Assembly (NCBI GenBank): GCA_039096225.1
Contig: JBBPEB010000007.1
Location: forward strand, 310,001-374,000
DNA: 64,000 nucleotides
Reading direction: 5' to 3'
DNA from: Blastocystis sp. Blastoise
Lineage: Eukaryota; Protista; Bigyra: Opalinata
Shown: positions 20,884-33,927 of the stretch, in pieces
How positions within the stretch are numbered: the first letter of the stretch is position 1
How the letters are laid out: every line of letters begins with the position of its first letter
Position numbers and translations under genes: made by a program
Notes under the pieces: model-generated
What the model saw: the letters and a program-made list of their open reading frames with translations, nothing else
What the model was told of the DNA's origin: nothing
Databases searched by the model: none

Positions 20884-23188
20884 GAAAAACAAAGTGAATA
20901 AATAAATTAAATTAAATGAAATAATAATAATATATAATAAATAAATAATATATAATAAATAATAAATAAATAATAAGTAAATAATAATATATACAGATTT
21001 AGCATTTTCTTCCATAATAGCGAAAACTCTTTCAACACCGATAGAAATACCAACACAAGGAGTTTGTTTATCACTAGTTGTAAACATACCTACTAAATTA
21101 TCATAACGACCACCAGCAGCAATAGAACCAACCTATTTATTATATATTATTATTATTATATTTATTATATCAAACATAAATAATAATATTATTATTTTTA
21201 TTTTAATTGAAAATGAATATAAATAATAAAAAAACATATATATATATACAGCACATTCAGAAGTCATAACAGCTTCATAAATAAGACCAGTATAATAATC
21301 TAAACCACGAGCTAAAGATAAATCAAATGATAAATAATTAAGATAACCCATAGATTCAATATATTCAAAGAATATTCTTAAATCTTCAAGAGCTTCACTT
21401 CCTTGTTTATTATCCTTAAAATATCCTTTTTCTATTAAAGTATTATATACTTCCCAACAATTACCCTAAATAGATTATTATTATTATTATTATTATTATT
21501 TTTTTTTTTTTTTGATTATTATTATTATTATTATTTTTGATTATTATTTATTATTATTATATAAATACTTTTAATAAAACAAATTGTCCAATCTTATCAG
21601 CACTTTCAGCAGGTAAACCTTTCTTTTCAATCATTTCTTTACGTACCTATATATATATATCCATATAAAACTATTATTAATACATTTATAATTCTAAATT
21701 ATATTATAAAAATCATTATTATATCATCATAATAATATAAATAAATATATATACATCTTCCCAAGATTCTTTATCTAATTTATCAATAGCACTACCAATA
21801 GTTCTATATTTAGATTCAGGAACACCACAAATTTCCATCATACCATCTAATAATTTACGATGATTTATTTTAATCATAAATGAACCTATAGAGTATTATT
21901 TACTAATTAATAAAATATTTATAATAAAATATATATATATATAAATTAAAAAGTGATCTTATATAATAAATAAAAAAAAAAATAAAGAAAGAATAAAGAA
22001 AGAATATAAATAATAAATTCTAAAAAATAAAAAAAACAAATAAAAGTATAGAAGCATACCAATAGGTAAAGAACTTAATATTTCAATACCAACACTAACA
22101 ACATCCGTATCAGCAATCATACGTCCATATAAACCGGCTATATCATAATCACATTGATAAAATTCACGGAAACGTCCTTTGGACATAACTGGATTATCAC
22201 GTCTATAAACACGTGCCATATGGTAACGTTTAATTTGACTAATACCATGTAAAGCAACATAACGAGCAAAAGGTACTGTTAAATCATATCTAAAGATATT
22301 ATTATGTTTATTATTATATTTATTATTATATTATTAAACTTTATTATTATATGTAAAAAATAAAAATAAAGAATTTATATTGTTATTTTTATAATAATAA
22401 TAATTATTATTATTATTACATATATATATACCTTAAAGCAAGTGCTTCACCGCCTTGATCCGCAAGATCATATATAAGTTTACTATCTTCACCATATTTA
22501 CCAGTTAAAGTATCTTTTTCTTCAAAAACAGGAGTATCTATTTCAACAGCACCATGACGTTTAAATACACTACGAATTATATTAAATACTTGTTCACGAA
22601 TCTCCATTTGTTCAGGTAAATAATCACGAGTACCCTTTATATATATATTATATATTATATATTATATATTATATATAATTATCATTATTTAAATAATCAA
22701 TATATATATTTAGAAAAAAAATATAATTATGATAATTACTATATATATAAATACTTTAGGAAGTTTAGGTTTTCTACGAATACCACCAGATCTAAGTTTA
22801 TCAATAACAGAAGATATATAAGAAGCATAACTACCTTTATGTATATTTAAAAGAGTATCAATAGAATCTAAGGTACTAAATATAAAGCATTCATTAGATA
22901 TATTATTTATATTTATTACATATATTTCATTATAGTTAATAATTATATAAATAATAATAAATAATAAATTTTAAATAATAAAAAATAAATATTAATATAT
23001 ATATACATAGGTTGAACATTCTTTTTAATATCTTCTAAGAATTCAGTAACACCTAATCCTAATATAATACTTTTCTTTGATGGTTTTTCTTTTTTAGTTT
23101 TTTTAGCTTCTTTAGCAGCACGTTTAGCACGTATCTTTGCTAATGTAGCTTCATCCATTCCTTTTTCTTCTTCAGCACGTTTAGCAGC

Positions 23189-23228
<40 letters not shown>

Positions 23229-25426
23229 AATTATTATTATTATTATTATTATACTCTTCTTCAATCTTTTTAATAGCTTTTTCTCTTTCTTCATCTTTAG
23301 CTTTTTCTTCCTTAGCAGCATTTTCAATACGAGAATTTAATATTTGAACAGAAGCAGTAGTAAGAATAGAGAAATTATGATTAATAAAAGTAATAAGAGA
23401 AATAAGAGAAGCAGGACAAAGAACACTATTCATAGGGAACACAATCATCATATTCTTCCACTATAATAGATATAATATAATATTATCATTATTATCATTA
23501 TTATATCGATAAATAAATAATATATATATATACAGCTTTAGTATATTCTTCATCAATTTGTTGAATTTCTTGCTGAATAGTAGTATATAAAGAATCTTCA
23601 GGAGTAACAAGAGTAAGAAGAGAAGACAATAAGATCTTATTAACTATATAGAAGGTATAATATAAATAATATATTGAATAATAATAGAGTATTATATATA
23701 TATATATAACAAATAAAGTATAATAAAATTAATAATAATATGTAATAATAATATGATAATAATAATAATAATAATAATAATAATATACGATTTAAAAGAT
23801 CAGCAAAATTTTTAAGAAGTGAAACAATATGGTTAGTAACAGTAGCAGTAGCAGTAGAAGAAGCATTACTATTAGCTTCTACACGTAAGGATACTTGAAG
23901 ACGAGATATATTCTCTCCTATACATCCTAATACCTATATATTATATATTATTATTATTATTATTATTATTATTTTATTAGTGATTAATAATAATGTATAT
24001 ATATTTATAAAATAAAACATAATAATAATAATAATAATATATATATATATATATATATATACTTCAGGAATTTCACGAAGTTCTTCTTTAAGATTATCTT
24101 TAGTATTATTACTATTACTTAATAAGATACGAATACATTGAGACATATTCATAGCAAACTTATGAGGACGATCATTCTAAATTAATAATTATAAATATAA
24201 TAAATATAATAATTGTAATAAAAAACAAATATAATAAATATAATAAACACTAAAAAAATAAATATAATAAATATAATAAATATTATAAAAAAAATAATAA
24301 TAAATATAATAAATATAATAAATATAATAAATATAATAAAAAATAATAATAAATAAATATAATAAACAAAAAATTACACCATATACTTCATAAATATCTT
24401 CAGAAAAAGCATTAATATCTCCTTGAATGGCTTCAATAGTAAATGAAAAAGCCATTAAACTATGTTGAATTAAATTTTGAATATATCTTAATCCTAAAAA
24501 GGATAAAGAATCAAGAGGAATGGAAAGCTATATAAATATATAAATATATAAATATTAATTACTTTTAAAATACTAAAATTTTCTTTTAAAACATAAAAAA
24601 AAATTAAAAAATAAAAAAAACAAACATTAAAAATATTTAAAAAACATTAAAAACAATTAAAAAACCATAAATATACATTTTCAATACAAGCTTTTTCAGT
24701 ATCATTAATAGCACCAGGTAAAGTAATATTATAATTAATTAATTCAGATTCAAATTCAATAGTAGTAAAACATTTTATTATATCTTCATAAAGATTAACA
24801 ATAGTAAATTGAGGAATTAAATTATGATTTATTAATCCACATAAATAAGTACAAGTTTCTTTTCTTACATTCCCACCTTTCTATATATTTATAAATAAAC
24901 ATATATTTAAAATAATAAAAAGAAACTTAAAATTTATATAAATATATTAAAAATAATAGAAAACAACTTAAATTCATATAAATATATTTAAAATAATAGA
25001 AAACAACTTAAATACATATAAATATATTTAAAATAATAGAAAACAACTTAATTCCTATAAATACCTTTAAAAGACATAATAAAGTAAAAGTTAAGATAGC
25101 TTTACATTCTTCTTTAGTTAAAGTTCTGTTTTCATAAGAACTGAAACTATATAAATATATTGAATCAATTCTCTGAATTCTAATACATTATAAAATAGTA
25201 TTAATTTTATAAAAAAGAAATGAATATGTACTCAGGAATCTTGTTAATTTGTACTTTTCCTTTACTCTTATCATGTCTACCTAACTATATTGAATGGTTT
25301 TAAAATATAAATAAATCAAAATACAGAAGAAAGAGTTGTAGGATCAACAGCAATTTCAGTATTATCAAAAATAATTGCATCAAGATCATCAAGATTCACT
25401 TGTCTATTACCAATGTTAAGAGCCAT
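20441..25426 (-). CDS. HARS1: Cytosolic histidyl-tRNA synthetase with an N-terminal histidine/phenylalanine ammonia-lyase-like domain
   Basis: Motifs [52 protein letters not shown]...[34 protein letters not shown] and GISIGVER, plus the anticodon domain. The upstream exons splice in frame from the ATG at 25426. Confidence 0.95.
24898..25060. repeat. About 40-bp intronic minisatellite, about 4 copies
   Basis: The unit aaatatatttaaaataatagaaaacaacttaaa(t/a)catat is repeated within a HisRS intron. Confidence 0.85.
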
Positions 25427-26288
25427 TCTATTTATAGAAACACCAAGAAATATTTCTTATATAATAACAAAAGAAAAAAAAAGTTGTTTTCAACAACAAA
25501 GGAAGAAAGCGCGTCATCATCGAAAGACGATAAAATTATGGATATTTGAAAAAATGATGCATCCTTTCGTCTTTATTCATGGAACATCGTTTTCATTTCA
25601 TATTATTGGCTACTCTCTCTATTTTGTTTTATTTACTTAAACTATTTTTATTGTTTCTTTTTTGGTTGTATATATGTTTTTATTACGAATAATATTGATT
25701 CAATTTATTAAATTCATTCATAATTATTAAAATAATAATAATTAAGATTTTAATATCTTAAGTGTTCTTTTTTTAACATTTTCTATTTCATATATCTTTA
25801 AAAAATTATCTGTAACTATTCTATATAATAGATGATATGAATCCAAGCAACTTAATCAATTGTGATGACTTCTTTGTCTTTATTTAACTCCTTTTCAAGT
25901 TCTTAAGTGTCATGTAATAATAAACAGTCAATGAAACTAATTTTCAGCATTAAAGAATACCTTTAAATAAAAAGTTACTGATAAATCTTTGCTAAACCAT
26001 ATTAAATGTATACTATATTTGTTAGAAACTCTCTCATCGCTTCCTGAGATTATTTTAAAATGCTCTATAACCCTTTCTTCATCATTATATTTCTATTCAA
26101 AATATTTCACAATTTTTAAATTTTTTGACCTGCTCCGTAACTTGTTTATTGGATCTTTCTTTTTTATATATAAAACTGTCTATTTCTTATTCACATTGGT
26201 TTTTTTATCATTTATTTTTTTACTCCAGTCTTAAGCCATATATCTGCATAAGTAATCAAGCATAATTATATAAAAAAAGTAATAAGAA

Positions 26289-28430
26289 ATGTCTGAAGAA
26301 ATTAGTGAAATGAAGCCAGAAGAAGATAAGCAAAGTATTTGTTGATATCATCCTTCATATATGTATTTCAACCATTCTAGTTTGTTTTATTTTCCAAGAT
26401 GAGACAAAAATATTCATTCCTTTATCTTTTTTACAGGATTATCCAAATTCTTTGTTGTCAGTCATTTGCAATGACTCTTCTAATCTTACAGAAGGAGGAG
26501 ATGCATATTATGTTGATTATGATCCGATGTCTCTTCAACAATTTATAAATGTTCAATTCTCTAAAGAAAAATCTAAACTTGAATTTTCTGAGATTTTTCG
26601 TATGTATAAAGCTTTCGAATTTTATTTCGAAAGATATGAAAAAAGCAAATTATATTTCAGAGCCATGGTGTATACTCTTATTAATTTTATGTTTTGGTAT
26701 AATTTTGAAATACATTCTGCTTGTTTATATGATATTGAAACACCTCATGAACTCGTTATTCATGGTAATATTATAAAAAATAATTATTATATATTCATTA
26801 TATATATAGATGTTTTCACAGAAGAACGTATAGAACAATTTATTTATTTCTCTGATCTATTTGATTATTTTAATGTTACTAAAGTTACTATACAATGTAT
26901 GATATATATAAAAATATTTATGATTTATATATATATATATATTGTTTAATATTATATATATAGTTTTATTTGATGACAGGATTCCCTATAATCAAATATA
27001 TCCATCAAATCTACATAAAATTTTTCCTAGATTAGAAACATATATTGTGAATCGTATATACTTTAAATCATTTTTATTTATATGCTTTAATTTAATTTAT
27101 AAACAATATATATGTATTGTGTAGTGTAATCTATATATATAAATAAATAATAATAATAAAATACTATTATAATAATCATAATCATAATCATAATCATAAC
27201 TATATATATAGCTTGTTATTATGCTGAGACAAAATATGAAATTCAATCAGAATATGACATACGTCGTTATTTATATGCTGCTTATAAAGAAATGAAAGAA
27301 AGAAGAGAACATATGTATAACTATTTATTAGATGCAAAAGATCATCCTGATAAAGATACAGATTATTATATAAATGATCAAACACTAATTCTATCTTCTA
27401 AAGAGTATAAAAAATTTATTCTAATAGGTAATAAAATAAACGATTTTCTATATTATCATTGTAAGGAAAGAGCAGTTATGACTTGTGCTGGTTATATCAC
27501 TTATGATGATTTCTATGTTCAACTTAAATGTAAATATAATCGTGATTATAATATGCAACAAATAGAATTAAAAAATAATGATCACAAAGATAAAAAGAAT
27601 TATAGATCTACTTATATGTTTATATTTAATTATATAGATCATGATGGATGTATGTATATATATATATAATATAACTTTAATTATATCACTTATATAGGTA
27701 AAGATATAGATCATCCAATATTAAAGTAATATCAATTATATATATACATACTTTCTTATGTATATTTGTATACTATATTATTATATATGCATATATAGGC
27801 ATTCTTATGATGAATGTATTGAAATACTTATATATATGCTAAATTTACCTATTTGCAGGCAAATAAAAAAGATTCACACTTCTGGTATTCCTATATTATT
27901 GAATTTACTTTATATTCAGATTTATTATCGCGTTATCTTTATTTATTCTTTTTTTGCTGTTATTTTTTTTTATTTATTTTCTTCTTATTATGTTTATTTT
28001 TATTATTCTTTTTTATAAAATTTTCTATATATATATTATTATTTTTTCGATAATAATTCTTTTTTTAGTATATTTTATTAATTCTTTTTTAATTATTTTT
28101 TTTCTATATTAATTCGTTCTTTATTCTATTTTCTATATATTTATCATATACATATATATAGACTATTATCAAATAGAATCGAAAAACAATCCAAAACATG
28201 TTACGTATCCTTTTTTAACAGCATTAGACAAAGGTGTTTTTGACTCTTTACAAATATTTAATATATTTAACTGTATATTAATATTTAAATATATATATAT
28301 ATTTATATATAGTTATTGAGAGTGAAAATTCAGAAGAAATTCAATTATTTGTACATATTATTTCAACACATATTTTCCCTAATGTCACTACTCTTGAATT
28401 TGATAGTATATGTATATAAGGTTGACTTAT

Positions 28431-28486
<56 letters not shown>

Positions 28487-30892
28487 TTTATTCTTTTTAT
28501 TATTATTATTATATAGAATATTTTATGAATGAATTACTCCTTGATCATCTTGATCAAATTATTCCTTATATAACTAGAACAAATTTTCCTCATTTACATA
28601 TATATGATTTACGTTCTTTTCTAATTAAAAATGATTCACAACAAATTGACAAATATTTTCCCATTTTATTCTCTTCAAATATTATAGAATTAATGGATAC
28701 AGTACTGTTATCTAGTGAATTCTTTTGTTTATATTACTATTATTTAAGTATATCAAGTCATATTACTTCACTTGATAAATTTGTCATTGATTCAAACTGT
28801 ATATTTATATATATTAATTTTTAATTCATCACTCATTTTTTTATAAGTATAATTTATTATCTATTATTATTATTATATTATTTATTATTATAAAGTTATT
28901 CTTTTTATTATTATTATTATTCATATATTATAATATAGTATCTACAAGTGATCAACATCGAATTCCTATATGGAAGCAACTTTGTAAATCAAATGAATAT
29001 AAACAAAAGAATTATTCTCTTTGTCGTACATTTATAAATATAGAGTTATATTTGTAAATTTATTCATATATATATAGTAAAGTATGTTAACTTTGAATTA
29101 TTAGACTATTGTTGTGATTTGAAAACATATCCAGTTAATAATTTATATCTTAGTATATTATAGCTATATATATATATATACTAAATGATATATATAATAG
29201 AACCTTATCTTTCTTCAACAGAAAAAATAGACCATTTAAACGTGATATTTAAAGCATTAAATTGTCAATATTTACAAAATGTTTGTCTAAACTGTATGTA
29301 TTAATAGGAAAATATTATTATTATTATTAAGATTATTATTTACTTATATTCAAAATTATTTATATAATAATTTATATAATTATTATTATATATAGTAACT
29401 AATGAAAACATGGATTATAATGAATATTACATTGATGAACTTTTTTCAGTTTTGTGTTCTATTCATTATGATACTGTACAATCATTAGAAATATGTATTT
29501 TTTGATTATTATTATTTAACTTTTAACATAATCTTCTTTCTATACGTATATATTCTTTATTATTATTAGATGAAGATTTAAATACTCCAAAAATAGGAGA
29601 GACCATAGATATCAATAAGAATAATCATGCAAATAAAATGGCTCAATTTTTATCATTATTCAAAAACTTAAAATCATTAGCTTTATCTTGTATACTTCGA
29701 TTATTGATATAATAATACATTTTATTTTTACTTTTTTAAATTATTTCTTTATTACTATCTATTTTAGTAACATATTCAAATTTTTCAGTTACAGAACTGT
29801 TCAATCTTTGCGAAGAATATTCTATATGGAATTCTATACAAGATCTTACTATAACATGTTGTACATATATATATAATAAGAATAATAAAATAGAATTAAA
29901 TTATTATTAATTTAGATACTCTTCAAAAAGATAAAAAAGATAATGAAGTATTAGATTGTATTTCTTCTTATCTATTAAAGAATAAACTACCTAATCTTCG
30001 ATCACTTAATCTAGAATTATCATGTATATATAATAATAATAATAATAATATTTATAATAATAATAATAATAATAAAATCTACGATATTTGTTTTAATCTA
30101 TATTTTTTTAGTTATGCCTAAAGAGAATGCTTTTAATACTTTAATTTCTTTTTTTAATTCTTTCAAAGATATATCATTAAATAATATTTCACATTTACGT
30201 ACATTTAAAATGAGGCTCATTTATGAGAACAGTATTTTTTAACATATATATATATAATATCTATATTTTTTAACATATATATAATATATATATTTTTTAT
30301 ACCATATATAAAATATAATATTTTTTCATTTCTATTACATAAAAATATATATAGTTTTTACTAATCTTCCATACTGTGTAGAGAATGTATTCGCTTCGTT
30401 TCCTTCTTTTTCATTTGATCTAGAAAAGCCATTATACTATGTAAGTATGTGTAAATATATTGGATATAACAATATCCAATTCAATGAATATTGTGAATAT
30501 ATATATAATGAAATGCAAAAACAATATATGAGAAGTATTCATCATTTAGAATTAGGTATGTTATTTATATTTATTAAGTTTATATTTTTAATGTTTATTA
30601 TTTAGTTGTAAATGATGAAAAGTATTTAAAGCTATTTATTGATCTTATAGTGGAGAAAACATTTCCACAATTAGTCTATTTACAAATCACTTTTCTTAGT
30701 ATATATATATTTACAACATATATATTATAAAATTATTTTTATATATAATTTTTATTTTTTTTTTAAATAGAACGTATGCATTGTACATCTTGTCTTAAAA
30801 GATTAAACGAATACTCAAACACATGTGAAAATCCTTATAATTGTTATTTACATATTGTTAAGGAAGATAATTATCATAATTATTATTCATAA
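26289..30892 (+). CDS. BTB/POZ-like N-terminus plus degenerate LRR-like solenoid protein, 20 introns
   Basis: FQDETKIFIPLSFLQDYPNSLLSVIC...GDAYYVDYD is BTB_2-like. Many exons end in FPxLxxLxL-type strands (FPRLETYIV, FPNVTTLEF, FKNLKSLAL, LPNLRSLNL, FPQLVYLQI). All junctions are GT-AG and in frame. TAA at 30890-30892. Confidence 0.7.
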
Positions 30893-31346
30893 TAATTAAA
30901 ATATTTTATGTTGAAATATATGTTTTTTTTTACTTAATATTCATTTTATCTTTTTCTTGAACTTTGTCCTTGTATTATGTTTATTTTCTTTTCTTATTAT
31001 TCTCTAGTAATCTACTTACATATATATATATATTGATCAATATTAATATACCCATTATTATTATTTGTTGTAAATATATATGAATTAATTAAGCAAGACA
31101 TTTGTAATGGCTAAAGACTATGTATAGTATTAACGATCAACGATATGCAAATATAAAAACAAAGAATCAATAACTAGTATATACATTATTAAACCAAACA
31201 ATCCTTTATATGATTCTATTAATACTATTCTATAATACAAATTGGATAGAAAAAAATGTAAAAAAACAAGAATAACTAATGAAAAAAAAACTTGTTCTTA
31301 CATTATAAAAAAACTATCTTAAATAAATATATAAATAACTATAAAA

Positions 31347-33223
31347 CTATTCATCTCTTCCCCATACTTCATAATCTTCAACTTTAAAATAATTATCTTT
31401 TTCAGGATCAGAAGTATTAACAAATAATGAGTTTCTTAAAGGATTATTTGTAGTACTAAAAGAAGTAGCAGCACACAAAGAATTATTTTTATTATGACAA
31501 TCATCAGATATTTTAATATCATTATACCCAAAGGTTGGACCTAAATTAGATGAACTATGCATACCATAGCTTGTATGATAATCAGAATATTCATATTTAG
31601 TAGGAGGAATATTATGTTCATTACTTAATGTAAAGAGAAACTCTTTAGAATAAGAGTTATACACTATATATATAATTGTTATCATTCAAGATAAATAATA
31701 ACAATAATTATCAAAAATATATGTATAATAGTAGTTATAGTTAAAAATATATATATAATTAAAATGTAATTATTGTGAAAATTATAAGAAAAATTGATAT
31801 AATAAATATAAACATAATTGAAAATAAATAATATAAATATAATGAATAATATAATTATAATGAATATCATAAATATAATGAAAAGCATAAATATAATTTA
31901 AAATAAATATGATGAATAATAAATATAAAAAATAAAATAAACAAAATAAATATATATATACCACCCCATTGAGAATCTTGTGATCCCCAATTTTTACTTA
32001 TATATCCTCCAAATATATTCAACTGATTATTATGACCTATATGCTTAATAAAAGTAACTGTTTCTCCTTGATTATCACAATATTTATGGAATTCACTTGT
32101 TTTATATTCATGTTCACTTGCTCTATATATATATAAATTATAAAACAAAATATATACATAAAACATACCTAAATAATAATCTCCATTTTTTCTCTCTTCC
32201 TAACCAATCAATTAAAAACAATTCATAATAACTGTCATCAATTATAGTAGAATTAATAAAAAAAGTTCGTTCTCTTTCTAATGCATTTTGAGCAGCTGTT
32301 TTACCAGAATCACCAAATAAAACAACAATTTCTTTCATAAATTTTTCTTTATCTATCTTATTTATCTCATCACGTCGCATATTAATATATCCATTTATTA
32401 TATATTGATGTATATATTCAATATATTCATATTTTATATTCATATATAAACTTTCATCATTAGATCGATAGTTTACAAATCCATCATCATAATTCATAAT
32501 AAACTGAGTCCATAAATTACTTTTAATCAAAAAATTAGCAACAGTATTATCGGCCTCACCATTAATAACCAAATCAACATAATCTCCTTCTTTATATTTC
32601 TTATACCTTCGATCTCGTCGTTCACGTGCAAAAACTAAATCATTTGGAATAATTACGTTACAAAATTCAAATAGATCCAATATTTGCACTTGATCACCAT
32701 ATGCAAGATGATATAAATCATGATCTTTACCTTTTAAATAGTCTATCAAATAATAAGCACAACCTTCATTTCCCACATAATCAAGATAGATACAGCCATC
32801 AGTTGTTCTCAATTGTTCATCGGATTGCTCGTATATATACGAATAAGGAATTGAATCAATAATACTCTTCGATAAATAAAAAATAGAACCAGTATTTGTG
32901 AAACGAATCATATCAAATCGCTCATCTTCACTTTCATTATCATGTTCTTCGTATTTTCTTTTATTCTTATAGTCATTCTTAATAACAGGATCAGGAATAT
33001 CAGAAGATACAGGAATTTCAGGAACGGTAAATGGTTTACTTTCACTAAAACATTCGTTAATATGCTTCACGAGTCGATTTACAGAGGATTCAGTATGAAT
33101 ACCAAGACTTAGTACTGACGAGAACATACTAATGACATCTTTCATTAGACTTTCAAACACAGTTACATCTTCCTTCAACTGATCTAACCGGTTTCTATCA
33201 AACAATACTTTTTCTTTCACCAT
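31347..33223 (-). CDS. BTB-like plus TLDc domain protein, 2 introns
   Basis: TLDc motifs KWRLLFRASEHEYKTSEFHKYCDNQGETVTFIK, IFGGY, FLFTL, GPTFG..DI.ISD and FKVEDYEVW. The N-terminal segment SIIDSIPYSYI...DGCIYLDY is BTB-like. Confidence 0.88.
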
Positions 33224-33927
33224 TTCTTGATGTTAAAAAGAAAATAATTTGAATCTTTTCTAATTTTCTTTTTTGATTTTTTCTTATAAGAAATCAAAGT
33301 TAATTTTTCGGAATAACATTTTTGAATATAATTTTCTTTAAGTTTTCCCTATTTTCATAAAATAATATTTTTTACAGATAAAATGTTTCTGAGATTAAGA
33401 TGAAATGATTATTTATTTTTTAAAATAAGAATTAATTGCATGAAAAATATTTACTGGAAGAAAAACATATATTTCTGATTTTATAATTATTAGAAACAGT
33501 TTTTGGAACATATTTAACATATAAAAGTCAGTCTCTACGTTGATTGATTTCTTAATTAAAGAAATTTAAATAAATTATGACACTATATTATAATTTTAAA
33601 ATCAGTTATTATGTTTGGAAACAAGTTCTACTAAAAATGAAATCAAAATTTACATTATAAAAAAATATGAATCAAAATATCAGAATAATAAGTCAAAAGA
33701 AAGCATTTTATATTATTTTACTAACTAAATTGCATATGAATTAAATACCTGCAATAAAGAATCATATAAATTACATGTTAAAATGAGGAATTAAAATAAT
33801 AACATTTTTTATGAAAAAAATTGAGATATACGTTGATAAATTTTGAATTCCCGTAGTTATAAAAGAATGAGAATTTAAAAGAAAATATTTTTTGTTTCTT
33901 TATTTATCCATATAAGTTAAAGATAGT

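Noticed and set aside
24898-25060. Regularly spaced ~40-bp repeats as a CRISPR-like array
   Set aside because: The copies are head-to-tail with no unique spacers, inside a eukaryotic intron. It is a minisatellite.
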